Source of the DNA: Candidatus Freyarchaeum deiterrae
Lineage (GTDB): Archaea; Asgardarchaeota; Jordiarchaeia; Jordiarchaeales; Jordiarchaeaceae
Direction of reading: 5' to 3'
Length of the DNA stretch: 64,000 nucleotides
Assembly (NCBI GenBank): GCA_037305845.1
Contig: CP147778.1
Coordinates: 3,264,001 to 3,328,000, forward strand
The notes beneath the pieces were generated by a model. It did no database searches. It had not been told where the DNA came from and saw only the letters and a list, made by a program, of their open reading frames with translations. Shown in pieces: positions 33,837-43,495 of this stretch. The position numbers and the translations under genes were made by a program. Numbering within the stretch: the first letter of the stretch is position 1; every line of letters begins with the position of its first letter.

Positions 33837-35048
33837 ATGGGGAGCCCAGAAAAAATAACTAGCATATTAAATGACTTCTTCGACCTAACTTTTAAATCCA
33901 TAGTTGAGTTACACCAAAAAGATGGAGGAAGATTTGGGCTTCGCGAGAGTGAACTTAAAGAGTATAAGTACGATCAACTTGGTGTAAGAATTAGAAAGTA
34001 TGTTGAAGCGGAGTTAACATACATTTCCTTTCTTGAGGAATACGCGAAGATGGTTTCGAAGTGGCTTGAAACATTTTCGTATTTAGTTGATATGCTAGGC
34101 TCTAGAGAGTACAACAGAATTTTATCGAGAGAAGTCGAACTCTGGGAAGTCATTAACCCTTCAGCTTTAGATATTACCTTTCTAAAATTTATGGTTAAAA
34201 CTTTTTTAAATCCAAACTTTTCAGATCTTGAAACAATATGCGGACTAGTTTTGGAGAAATCAAAAAAAGCTGTAGAAGAGGTCAACCACCATAACCCCGC
34301 GTCGTCTAAAAAGTTTATTGAATTGATAAAAAATCAGAGCAGAGACTGGCTTGTAATAAATGAAGAGGTGCAAATCTGCCTTCAATCTATCCCTCAGGTA
34401 GAGGATAAATCCCAAATCCTTTTCACGCTTACTATGATTGCTCAGAAGTTTATCCTTTTCTTTGAAAAAATAACTGAGACAAAAAAAGCCATAAAGGATT
34501 CAGACGAGAATTGGAAAAATTTTGTAGAAGGCGGTTTCATTGAATTCCTCGAACATTTCAAAAAAATCAAAGATGACATAATTGAATTATTTGAATGCTT
34601 GATAAAAACACATGAACACCTCCTCAGCTGCTCTCTTCACATTTTATCCGCACTCTGGGGAAGAGAAGTTGCTCAATCTAAAATGGAAGATTTTGTAAAA
34701 TCTAAAATACCAGTCGAAGGCCTGATGCCCAAAAATTTTTCCATAAAAGACCTAGCATTCGGACTGGCTTTGGCTCGCTCAGAATTGGGTCAGGCGCATC
34801 TGGCATCTCAGGGATTAGAAGAAAAAAGAATAGCAATTGAGATAGTAGGAAATTATTTACCCAAGAATAAGGGCATCCAAGACTTCCGAAATAGAATCAC
34901 TAGGCTCTTAGAGATGAGAGAAAAATACCTATTCAAAATTAACGACATGATAATAGATGTGCAAAAATTAATCCAGCAAAATGAATCTGAAAAACCTATT
35001 TTTGGAAGAGAACTCTCCTTAAACACTTTTTCTGACTCTGAAAAATAA
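33837..35048 (+). CDS. All-helical protein of unknown function
   Basis: Shares 'DITFLKF.VK', 'LWG.E.A', 'P.NFS.KDLAFGL.LA' with the upstream paralog. Confidence 0.75.
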   Translation: MGSPEKITSILNDFFDLTFKSIVELHQKDGGRFGLRESELKEYKYDQLGVRIRKYVEAELTYISFLEEYAKMVSKWLETFSYLVDMLGSREYNRILSREVELWEVINPSALDITFLKFMVKTFLNPNFSDLETICGLVLEKSKKAVEEVNHHNPASSKKFIELIKNQSRDWLVINEEVQICLQSIPQVEDKSQILFTLTMIAQKFILFFEKITETKKAIKDSDENWKNFVEGGFIEFLEHFKKIKDDIIELFECLIKTHEHLLSCSLHILSALWGREVAQSKMEDFVKSKIPVEGLMPKNFSIKDLAFGLALARSELGQAHLASQGLEEKRIAIEIVGNYLPKNKGIQDFRNRITRLLEMREKYLFKINDMIIDVQKLIQQNESEKPIFGRELSLNTFSDSEK

Positions 35049-35150
35049 AAACATTATCAAAGAATAAAGAATGAGTAACAGTTAAAAAACTGAAAAACAA
35101 GCTGGTTGCATAAGAAGAAGGTTTTCTTAAAATTTGGGAGGTTGATTAAA

Positions 35151-36593
35151 ATGGTTTTGAGAACCGTAGAAGAGTATATAAACGGTTTGAAGGATAACCG
35201 AGAAGTCTGGATACTTGGAGAAAAAGTAGATGATGTAACAACACACCCCATGCTGAAAGTAGGTGTTGAAACCGCGGCCCTAGATTATAAAATGGCTGAA
35301 GATCCAAATTACCGAGACCTCGCAGTAGCAGAACACCCCGAAACCGGTGAACCAATAAGTAGGCACTATCACATTCCTAAAACTGCGGAAGATCTACTAA
35401 AAAGGCACGAGTTAATAATAACCGCAACCAGACTCGGCGACGGCGTAATACCCTTCACTAAAGACATAGGCGGTGACGCTTTAAACGCAGCGATGATAAC
35501 CGCCCAGATGATGGGAAAAGAGGAATACCTTGAGAGAATCACAGAATACTACGAACATGTAAGAAAGAAAGATTTGAGTGTAGTCTGCGGAATGACCGAC
35601 GTTAAAGGAGACCGAAGCCTCCACCCCTCCTCACCGAACCAGACACACCCCGACTTTTACGTCCACGTAGTGGATAAAAACGATGAAGGAATAACCGTTA
35701 GAGGTGCAAAAATACATATAACAGCCGCAGCTTACTCCGACGAAATTCTAGTCCTACCGTGCAGAGTCATGAGGGAAGACGACAAAGATTACGCATTATC
35801 CTTCGCGGTTCCAGCGAACGCCAAGGGGCTAAAACAAATATGCCACCCTATGAGGTACGAATTAAGCTCACTGGAATTCCCTATCGATACGCCAGCAAGA
35901 AATCACACTGAGTCACTAATAATATTTGACGACGTGTTCATACCTTGGGAAAGAGTCTTTCTATGTGGCGAATGGCAATACGCGGGAATTATGGCGTACA
36001 ACTTTGCCTACTCCCATAGGCACACTGCATCCTGCTATAGAATAGCCATGACCGAAATACAACTCGGATTAGCTGTAGCTATAGCCGAATATAACGGAAT
36101 AGACCAAATCTCCCACGTTCGAGAAAAGATAACGGATATGATAATCTATCTGGAAATGCTGAAGTCTCTGGCTAAAGCTTCTTGCAGCGATCCTGTGATA
36201 CACGGTGGAATAGCAATACCCAATCCCGTTATTACCAACTTAGCGAAATATCACTTCGCTGATAATTACCACAACTTTGTGAAATCTGTACAAGACCTAA
36301 GTGGAGGAATACTCACCACCGCACCGACCTACAAAGACTACGAAAACCCAGAGTTAAAGGATTATCTTGATAAGTATCTGGGAGGCAAAAAGGGATTACC
36401 CACAGAGGACAGACTAAAAATACTGCAAGCACTAAGAATCGCGTTTGCTTCAGACCAAGGAGGCCAGATAGAAGTTCTAGCGATACACGCCGAAGGTTCA
36501 CTCCAGGCCCAAAGAATGATAATCTATGGTGAGTATCTAAACCAGCTCCAAGAATACAAAGAAAGAGCCAAAAAAATCGCAGGTGTAAAGTAA
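35151..36593 (+). CDS. 4-hydroxybutyryl-CoA dehydratase / HpaB family protein, paralog 1
   Basis: 'MTDVKGDRS', 'HPDFYVHVV', 'GI.VRGAK.H.T', 'FDDVFIPWERVFLCGE', 'HAEGS..AQ'. Confidence 0.88.
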   Translation: MVLRTVEEYINGLKDNREVWILGEKVDDVTTHPMLKVGVETAALDYKMAEDPNYRDLAVAEHPETGEPISRHYHIPKTAEDLLKRHELIITATRLGDGVIPFTKDIGGDALNAAMITAQMMGKEEYLERITEYYEHVRKKDLSVVCGMTDVKGDRSLHPSSPNQTHPDFYVHVVDKNDEGITVRGAKIHITAAAYSDEILVLPCRVMREDDKDYALSFAVPANAKGLKQICHPMRYELSSLEFPIDTPARNHTESLIIFDDVFIPWERVFLCGEWQYAGIMAYNFAYSHRHTASCYRIAMTEIQLGLAVAIAEYNGIDQISHVREKITDMIIYLEMLKSLAKASCSDPVIHGGIAIPNPVITNLAKYHFADNYHNFVKSVQDLSGGILTTAPTYKDYENPELKDYLDKYLGGKKGLPTEDRLKILQALRIAFASDQGGQIEVLAIHAEGSLQAQRMIIYGEYLNQLQEYKERAKKIAGVK

Positions 36594-36800
36594 AATGAAT
36601 ATGTGTGATACACAGTTCAATGAATGCAAGTGCTAAGCTGGTTAAGTCCGGTTCCCTAGTGATAATTGCAAGGGGAGAAAATCCTGAAACAAGGTAGCCG
36701 AGGGTCTGAGGGACTGGACATTAAATTACCTCAGAAAAAATCGTAATACAAAATAGCTCATAACAACAGTTTCCATCCCACAACCGCCTCTTCAAAAACA
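36594..36800 (+). pseudogene. Decayed 5' fragment of the DUF362 gene (relic of tandem duplication)
   Basis: Nucleotide similarity to 38358-38570 (GTTCCCTAGTGATAAT, AAGGGGAGAA, GACATTAAA, CCTCAGAAAAAA, CCCACAACC) with indels. Confidence 0.8.
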
Positions 36801-36926
36801 TATTTTGGGGTGGAGAACTCTCCCTTACTCTTTTTTGACTCAAAAATTAAAAATGCGTAACAGTTAAAAACCAGAAAACGAAATAATTGCGCAAAGAGGT
36901 TTTTTATTTTTGGGAGGATGATTAAA

Positions 36927-38357
36927 ATGGTTTTAAGAACAGTAGAAGAATATCTAAGAGCCTTAAGGGATGGACGAGAAGTCTGGATAGTTGGAGAAAA
37001 AGTAGAGGATGTAACAACCCACCCCATGATGAAAGTAGGTGTTGAAACCGCTGCCATAGATTATAAAATGGCGGAGGATCCGAAGTACCGAGACCTAGCG
37101 GTGGCAGAAAATCCAGAAACAGGCGAACCGATAAGTAGACACTATCTCATTCCCAGAAACGCGGAAGACTTACTAAAAAGACACGAGTTAATAATAACTG
37201 CAACTAGACTCGGCGACGGAATAATACCCTTCACCAAGGATGTCGCCGGCGACAGCCTAAACGCAGTAACGATTACCAACGAGTTAATGAAAAATGAGGA
37301 ATACATAGAGAGAATCACAGAATACTATGAACATGTTAGAACTAAAGATTTGAGTGTTGCCTGCGCGATGACCGATGTTAAAGGAGACCGAAGCCTCCAC
37401 CCCTCCTCACCGGATCAAACGCACCCTGACTTCTACGTTCACGTAGTGGATAAAAACGATGAGGGAATAACAGTTAGAGGCGCGAAGATTCATATAACGG
37501 GCGCAGCGTACAGCGACGAAATTCTAATCCTGCCATGCAGAGCCATGAGAAAAGACGATTCAGATTACGCCGTAGCCTTCGCTGTTCCCGCGAATGCCAA
37601 GGGATTAAAACAGATATGCCACCCTCTGAGGTATCAGCAAAGCCCGCTGGAGTTCCCTGTTGATATGCCTATAAGAGCGCATACCGAGTCAATGATAGTC
37701 TTCGACGATGTGTTTGTACCTTGGGAAAGAGTCTTTCTCTGCGGCGAATGGCAATACGCAGGTGCAATGGCATACAACTTCTCATACTCCCACAGACACA
37801 CTGCAGCCTGCTACAGGATAGCCATGACCGAAATACTACTCGGATTAGCTGTAGCTATAGCAGAGTATAACGGAATAGACCAAATCTCCCATGTTCGAGA
37901 AAAAATGACGGACTTAATAATCTATCTGGAAACGCTGAATTCTCTGGCAAGAGCTTCTTGCAGCGATCCCGTGATGCACGGCGGATTAGCAATACCCAAC
38001 CCCACTATCAGCAACTTAGCAAAATATCACTTTGCCGAAAATTACCACAAATTCGTGAAAGATATAGAAGACCTATGCGGAGGCATATACACCACGGCAC
38101 CCACCTACCAAGACTACCAAAACCCGGACATAAGAGACTACATAGAAAAATATCTAGGCGGCAAAAAGGGATTACCCACAGAGGATAGATTAAAAATAGT
38201 ACAAGCACTAAGAATCGGGCTAACCTCAGACGTCGAAGTTTTAGCATTACATGCCGAAGGTTCACTCCAGGCCCAGAGAATGGTAATCTACGGTGAGTCT
38301 CTGAACAAGCTCCAAGAATACAAGGAAACAGCTAAAAGAATCGCAGGAATAAAGTAA
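36927..38357 (+). CDS. 4-hydroxybutyryl-CoA dehydratase / HpaB family protein, paralog 2
   Basis: Highly similar to paralog 1. Confidence 0.88.
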   Translation: MVLRTVEEYLRALRDGREVWIVGEKVEDVTTHPMMKVGVETAAIDYKMAEDPKYRDLAVAENPETGEPISRHYLIPRNAEDLLKRHELIITATRLGDGIIPFTKDVAGDSLNAVTITNELMKNEEYIERITEYYEHVRTKDLSVACAMTDVKGDRSLHPSSPDQTHPDFYVHVVDKNDEGITVRGAKIHITGAAYSDEILILPCRAMRKDDSDYAVAFAVPANAKGLKQICHPLRYQQSPLEFPVDMPIRAHTESMIVFDDVFVPWERVFLCGEWQYAGAMAYNFSYSHRHTAACYRIAMTEILLGLAVAIAEYNGIDQISHVREKMTDLIIYLETLNSLARASCSDPVMHGGLAIPNPTISNLAKYHFAENYHKFVKDIEDLCGGIYTTAPTYQDYQNPDIRDYIEKYLGGKKGLPTEDRLKIVQALRIGLTSDVEVLALHAEGSLQAQRMVIYGESLNKLQEYKETAKRIAGIK

Positions 38358-38368
38358 AACTGATAGTT

Positions 38369-39190
38369 ATGGTTAGCAGCTCAATGAATACCCCAAGCGT
38401 TAAAACAACCCAGTCTAGTTCCCTAGTGATAATCGTAAGGGGAGAAGACCCCGAAACAATGGTAACAAAGGGTCTCGGGGAACTAGACATTAAAATCCCT
38501 CAGAAAAAAATAGTGATAAAACCCAACCTCATAGCCAACAATCCCTACCCCACAACCACCTCATCGAAAACCGTAGAAGCCATCATCAAAAACCTCAAAA
38601 AATTCGAAAAAGAAATCATCATCGCAGAAGGGGCGGGATGGACCGATACCTTCGAAGCATATCGAGACCTAGGATACCAAGAAATCGCCAAAAGGCATGG
38701 AGCAAAACTGGTCGACCTAAACACAGACAAGTACGAAATAGTGAAAAATCCCAAGGCTCTGGTGCTAAACGAATACGAGCTTCCCCTAACACTGAAGGAC
38801 TCCTACCTAGTGTCAGCCGCCGTTCTCAAAGTACACTCCCAAGTTGGTGTTACGCTCTCCATCAAAAACATGCTTGGCGCATCCATCGATGGACACAAGG
38901 GTAGATTTCACCGGCGAGGAATAAACGAAAGCATAGTCGACATAAACCTCTACAAAGCCCCAAACCTAGCCATAATAGACGGCAGAGAAGCAAATGTGAA
39001 AGGAGAACTCGGAGGAGAAGTCCAAACATTCGATTTAATGATATTCTCCCAAGACCCAGTAGCAGCAGACGCGGTTGGAGCAAAAATACTAGGAGTAGAC
39101 CCACTATCCGTGAAATACCTGAGACTAGCACAGGAAAAAGAGTTAGGCACAGCTGACCTAGGAAAAATAGAGGTTAGAGAATTAGAATAA
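38369..39190 (+). CDS. DUF362 family protein
   Basis: 'VIKPNL', 'IIAEG', 'LKVH..GVTLS.KN.LG', 'IIDG', 'DPVA.D'. Confidence 0.9.
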   Translation: MVSSSMNTPSVKTTQSSSLVIIVRGEDPETMVTKGLGELDIKIPQKKIVIKPNLIANNPYPTTTSSKTVEAIIKNLKKFEKEIIIAEGAGWTDTFEAYRDLGYQEIAKRHGAKLVDLNTDKYEIVKNPKALVLNEYELPLTLKDSYLVSAAVLKVHSQVGVTLSIKNMLGASIDGHKGRFHRRGINESIVDINLYKAPNLAIIDGREANVKGELGGEVQTFDLMIFSQDPVAADAVGAKILGVDPLSVKYLRLAQEKELGTADLGKIEVRELE

Positions 39191-39452
39191 GTCGCCCCAC
39201 TTTCCCAAAACTAACCTCATCTAAACTTCTCAACTTTTTAAGAGTTTTAAAGTGTAACATGAAGGACATGTATTCCCAAATAAGACTTTGTTAATGACAG
39301 TGAGTTCCCATATAGACCGATTTTTCGAGTTAGTAATAGAAGTCGAAAGGGGAGCCTTAAAAAGAAGATTCTGGTAAATACGCGAACATAAAACATAAAA
39401 ATGGATTTTGTACATCCCATAAATTATACGAACTTCTACATGGTGATGAAGC

Positions 39453-39824
39453 ATGATATACGAGATTCGGGCCTATACCATCAGGCCAGGGAAGATGGAG
39501 GAGTTCCTAGCCTTCTTCAATAGAGAAGGGTCCAGTATAGGAGGAACCATTAAGACTCATGGACAGCTGATTGGTCATTGGCAAACCGTTAGAAGGTTCT
39601 TGGTGGATGTTGTTGGTACAGAATTCAAAGAGGAAGATCAGAAGGAGGCTTCCAACGAAGTTGTATACATGTTAGCCTTCAAAGACATGGCTCAACGCAC
39701 CGAATTCTGGAAGAGCTTTGGGAACGACAAAAGATGGCAAAAGGAAAGACCCACGTTTACCAGCCTAGTCTCAAAAATGGACATCAAAATCCTCAATCCA
39801 ACAAAAGTCTCTCCCCTTAAGTAG
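39453..39824 (+). CDS. NIPSNAP family protein
   Basis: 'IYE.R.YTI.PGK', 'G.W', 'R...W..F..D..W', 'L.P...SP'. Confidence 0.88.
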   Translation: MIYEIRAYTIRPGKMEEFLAFFNREGSSIGGTIKTHGQLIGHWQTVRRFLVDVVGTEFKEEDQKEASNEVVYMLAFKDMAQRTEFWKSFGNDKRWQKERPTFTSLVSKMDIKILNPTKVSPLK

Positions 39825-39889
39825 AAAGGGGTGATTACTTGAAGGCCGCCCTTCTTTATAACTACAGATAGAAATCAGGAGGGAAAAAA

Positions 39890-40687
39890 ACGAAATTAGA
39901 AGGAAAGGTAGCCCTCATTGCGGGGGCTGGATCCATAAGGGAAGTTTCTGGATTACCAGGGATCGGAAGAGCGACGGCGATCCTTTTTGCCCAGGAAGGT
40001 GCCAAGGTTGTTGCTGCCGATATTAGGCCTAGGGCCGGGGAGAAGACAGTGGACATGATTCGGGAGAAGGGCGGGGAAGCCGTCTTTGTCCAAGGGGATG
40101 TCACGAAGGCGGAGGATGCAAAGCGGATGGTGGAGTCGACGGTTTCCACTTATGGTAAGTTGGACATCCTCCTCAACAATGTCGGCATTGGCCTCGGAGG
40201 CAGTGTTGTGGACACCAGTGAAGAGGATTGGGACCGCGTAATCACCATAAACCTGAAGGGAATTTTCCTCGTATCCAAGTATGCCATCCCCCACATGATA
40301 AAAAACGGAGGCGGATCCATAATTAACACCTCCTCAGTAGCAGGAATGAGGTCCCACCAAATGTCAGCCTATTCCACCTCCAAGGCAGGCGTGATCGCTC
40401 TCACAAGATGCATGGCTCTGGACTTTGCTAGATGTGGAATCAGAGTTAACTGTATTGCTCCCGGAACAATGGACACGCCCATGGTTGCTCCCATCACGGA
40501 TGAAAGGCGCCGAAAAGGCTTATGTGAGATCATTCCCTTGGGGCGTATGGGCCTAGCCCAAGATGTCGCTTATGGAGCCCTTTACCTAGCCTCAGACGAG
40601 GCATCCTACTTAACAGGGACCACTCTGGTGATCGATGGAGGATTAAGTGCCTCCTACCACAGCCGCGCGCCCTCCCCGCGTCCATAG
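39890..40687 (+). CDS. SDR oxidoreductase; N-terminus extends to an ACG codon at 39890
   Basis: Upstream in-frame KLEGKVALIAGAGS..PGIGRA Rossmann motif; NNVG, YSTSK, NCIAPG; AGGAGG SD before the ACG. Confidence 0.85.
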   Translation, partial: TKLEGKVALIAGAGSIREVSGLPGIGRATAILFAQEGAKVVAADIRPRAGEKTVDMIREKGGEAVFVQGDVTKAEDAKRMVESTVSTYGKLDILLNNVGIGLGGSVVDTSEEDWDRVITINLKGIFLVSKYAIPHMIKNGGGSIINTSSVAGMRSHQMSAYSTSKAGVIALTRCMALDFARCGIRVNCIAPGTMDTPMVAPITDERRRKGLCEIIPLGRMGLAQDVAYGALYLASDEASYLTGTTLVIDGGLSASYHSRAPSPRP

Positions 40688-40920
40688 AAGCACATGCTGT
40701 CTTGTACCTAAATTATGTGTTGAAGCCTTTGGTACTGCAAATATTTAGTTTTTTATTTTTTAAGTTATTCCCTCCTTCCCCCCTTGCGTTCCCCCTTTCT
40801 CCCTTTTGTTTTTTGTTTGTGTTTTTTCTTTTTTGTGAGCTTCAATTTGGGTGTTTGTTTAATTGTGGTTTTAAGGGTGGTGTGGGGCTTGTGTATTTAT
40901 GTTTGGGTTTAATGTTTGTT

Positions 40921-41475
40921 TTAGTTGATTTTTAGTCGTAGTTTGGTTATGTCTTCTTTGAGTTCGTAGTTTATTTTCATGCTGGTGAATAGCTCTGATA
41001 TTAGGTCCTTGATGAAGTTTTTCATGACTTCGTGGTGTGTGAGTAGTAAGTATTCTCCTTTGGTGTTTTTAGTCAGTTTGAATAGGTTGCAGGCTTCGAG
41101 TCTTTCTAGGACTTCTACTGGGTTTAGTCCTTGGAATTGTTCGGCGTGGCTTTTGGCTATGTTTTTGCAGAGTTCCCGGTAGTCTTCTTCTAGGTATGAG
41201 CCGTATATTAGTTCTAGGAGTATGATTAGTCGGTCTATGTCGATTATTACGTGTTCCCCTTCTGCGAGTAGTTTTAAGTAGTATTCGAGTGATTTCCAAC
41301 TTTGGCCGCCTCCTAGGAATTTCTCTAGGCTGGAGTAGAACCTGATGGCTTTTCTAATAATCTCGCTTACTGAGACTTCTTGTTTCTGGCTGAGCTCGCT
41401 TATCAGGTTCTCTGTTTCTTCGTCGACGGCGAATGTGATCCTCTGGGGTATACTCTTTCTGCCTTCATTTTTCAT
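40921..41475 (-). CDS. CopG/ribbon-helix-helix regulator with C-terminal effector domain
   Basis: 'RITFAVDEE...L.Q.Q.VSVSEIIRKAI'; transcribed divergently from amtB-glnK. Confidence 0.85.
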   Translation of the reverse strand: MKNEGRKSIPQRITFAVDEETENLISELSQKQEVSVSEIIRKAIRFYSSLEKFLGGGQSWKSLEYYLKLLAEGEHVIIDIDRLIILLELIYGSYLEEDYRELCKNIAKSHAEQFQGLNPVEVLERLEACNLFKLTKNTKGEYLLLTHHEVMKNFIKDLISELFTSMKINYELKEDITKLRLKIN

Positions 41476-41541
41476 AAAGTAGTCCTTAGAAACGTCCTAT
41501 ATAAATTGTTTCTAGGTTTTTGGCGGAATAGTCGCTATTTT

Positions 41542-41562
41542 TTTTCATAAGTTTTATGAAAA
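41542..41562. promoter_or_regulatory. Inverted repeat TTTTCATAA-GTT-TTATGAAAA between the RHH regulator and amtB
   Basis: Perfect 9-bp arms located between the two divergent TATA-like boxes. Confidence 0.55.
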
Positions 41563-41641
41563 GTTGTGAATACTTCTTAACAATATTTATAAGTATTATT
41601 ATTATGATATTTGTTTAAAAAAATATTTAATGGTGATTTTG

Positions 41642-43120
41642 ATGGCTATAATGGATGGAGATACTGCATTCGTACTGGTCTCATCGGCACTAGTAATGTT
41701 AATGACCCCCGGATTAGCCTACTTTTACGGTGGGCTGCTCAGAAAAAAGAATATACTAAGCATGTTACTCTGGTGCATTACTGCACTAGCCGTGGGAAGT
41801 ATACTATGGGTTCTTTATGGTTACAGTTTAGCTTTCAATCCGTTCAGCGATCCCAGTATGCTCGGGTTATCCGCTGCAGGCCTGTTGGGATGGGCTCAAG
41901 CCTCTGGTATTGATTTAACACCCCTTGCATTATACTTAGCTGCCAATCCTTTCAGCTTCACCTTCATGTTTGGGTCAGCACCCTTCATAGGTGGGCTGGG
42001 ATGGGTTCTGTTCAACTACGTTGATTTAACGCCCTTTGTGCTCTACTCAGCAACTATCCCTCACCTGAGCTACGCGATTTTCCAGTGTATGTTCGCCTGC
42101 ATAACCGTAGCTTTAATTTTTGGAGCCTTTGCGGAACGTGTTAAGTTCAGTTCTTTCCTAATCTTCATGGTGGTATGGTTCACAGTGGTTTACTGCCCCG
42201 TCGCCCACTGGGTGTGGTCCACTGGAGGATGGCTTAGAGGTCCAGCATGGCTTGTTGATGGTTATCTCAACACTTGGCTCACCGGAATGATCACGCCATT
42301 GGTTCCGGCCGAATTGAGTTCATTGATACCTCAATTTGTAACCCAAATTATGGGCAATATACCGTTAGGCATCTTAGACTTCGCTGGTGGAACTGTGGTT
42401 CACATAAATGCTGGGTTTGCTGCTCTAGCGGCTGGCATAGTTGCAGGTAAACGTAAAGGCTTTGGAAAGGAATCTATGCTTCCTCACAATACAACCTACG
42501 TCGTTTTAGGAACAGCGTTACTCTGGTTCGGGTGGTTCGGTTTTAACTCGGGAAGCGCTCTTGCAGCAAACGGCCTAGCAGCCAGTGCTTTCGTGGTAAC
42601 AAATACCTCAGCCGCAGCCGCAGCCGTGTCCTGGTTAGCAATATCGTGGATAGCTAGAGGTAGACCAAGTGTTATTGGAATGTGTACCGGAGCTGTCGTG
42701 GGACTCGTAGCAATAACGCCCGCCAGCGGCTTTGTGAACGTTCCAAGCGCTATCATCATAGGTCTAGTGGCTTCACCACTCTCTTACGGAGCAATCAAGC
42801 TCAAAGACAGAGTACACTTGGATGATTCACTTGATGTCTGGGCCTGCCACGGTGTAGGCGGAGTATGGGGCGCTTTAGCCACAGGATTATTCGCCACAAT
42901 AACTGTGAACTCTGGTGGATCTAACGGACTGTTCTTCGGGAACCCAATGCAACTCATGATTCAAGCGTTCAGCGTGGTCGTGGTAGCGAGCTTCTCTTTC
43001 GTGGTTTCGGTGATCATACTGAAAATCATAGACAAAACTATAGGTCTGAGAGTCACGCCTACTGAGGAAGCCATAGGACTGGATATATCGCAACAAATCG
43101 AAGAAGGCTACGGGGGCTAA
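41642..43120 (+). CDS. amtB: Ammonium transporter
   Basis: 'LMTPGLA.FYGG', 'FQ.MFA', 'DFAGGTVVH', 'WFGWFGFN', 'DDSLDV...HG'. Confidence 0.97.
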   Translation: MAIMDGDTAFVLVSSALVMLMTPGLAYFYGGLLRKKNILSMLLWCITALAVGSILWVLYGYSLAFNPFSDPSMLGLSAAGLLGWAQASGIDLTPLALYLAANPFSFTFMFGSAPFIGGLGWVLFNYVDLTPFVLYSATIPHLSYAIFQCMFACITVALIFGAFAERVKFSSFLIFMVVWFTVVYCPVAHWVWSTGGWLRGPAWLVDGYLNTWLTGMITPLVPAELSSLIPQFVTQIMGNIPLGILDFAGGTVVHINAGFAALAAGIVAGKRKGFGKESMLPHNTTYVVLGTALLWFGWFGFNSGSALAANGLAASAFVVTNTSAAAAAVSWLAISWIARGRPSVIGMCTGAVVGLVAITPASGFVNVPSAIIIGLVASPLSYGAIKLKDRVHLDDSLDVWACHGVGGVWGALATGLFATITVNSGGSNGLFFGNPMQLMIQAFSVVVVASFSFVVSVIILKIIDKTIGLRVTPTEEAIGLDISQQIEEGYGG

Positions 43121-43123
43121 ACT

Positions 43124-43495
43124 GTGAAGAAAATTGAGGCAATAATAAGACCGGAGAAGCTTAACGACGTGAAAGACGCCTTAGCCGAAGCCGGCTTCGC
43201 AGGATTAACAGTCACAAACGTTAGAGGCAGAGGCAGACAGAAGGGTCTGGAGTTCGACGTTAGAGGCAGAAAGATGAGAGTTGATCTACTGAACAAAGTC
43301 AAGATAGAGGTCGTATGCAAGGACAAACAAGAGGACAAAGTTATTTCAACGATAATTGAGAGTGCTAGGACTGGCGAAATAGGAGACGGAATGATATTCG
43401 TGAGCATAATAGAAGACGTGATAAGAGTAAGGACAGGTGAAAAAGGAGAAAAAGCAATATCCGGAGAAAAAGAAAAAGCAGAAAAGGAAAAATAA
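43124..43495 (+). CDS. glnK: P-II nitrogen regulator
   Basis: 'KKIEAIIRP.KL', 'G.GRQKG', 'RTGEIGDG.IF', 'RVRTGE'; directly follows amtB. Confidence 0.95.
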   Translation: MKKIEAIIRPEKLNDVKDALAEAGFAGLTVTNVRGRGRQKGLEFDVRGRKMRVDLLNKVKIEVVCKDKQEDKVISTIIESARTGEIGDGMIFVSIIEDVIRVRTGEKGEKAISGEKEKAEKEK

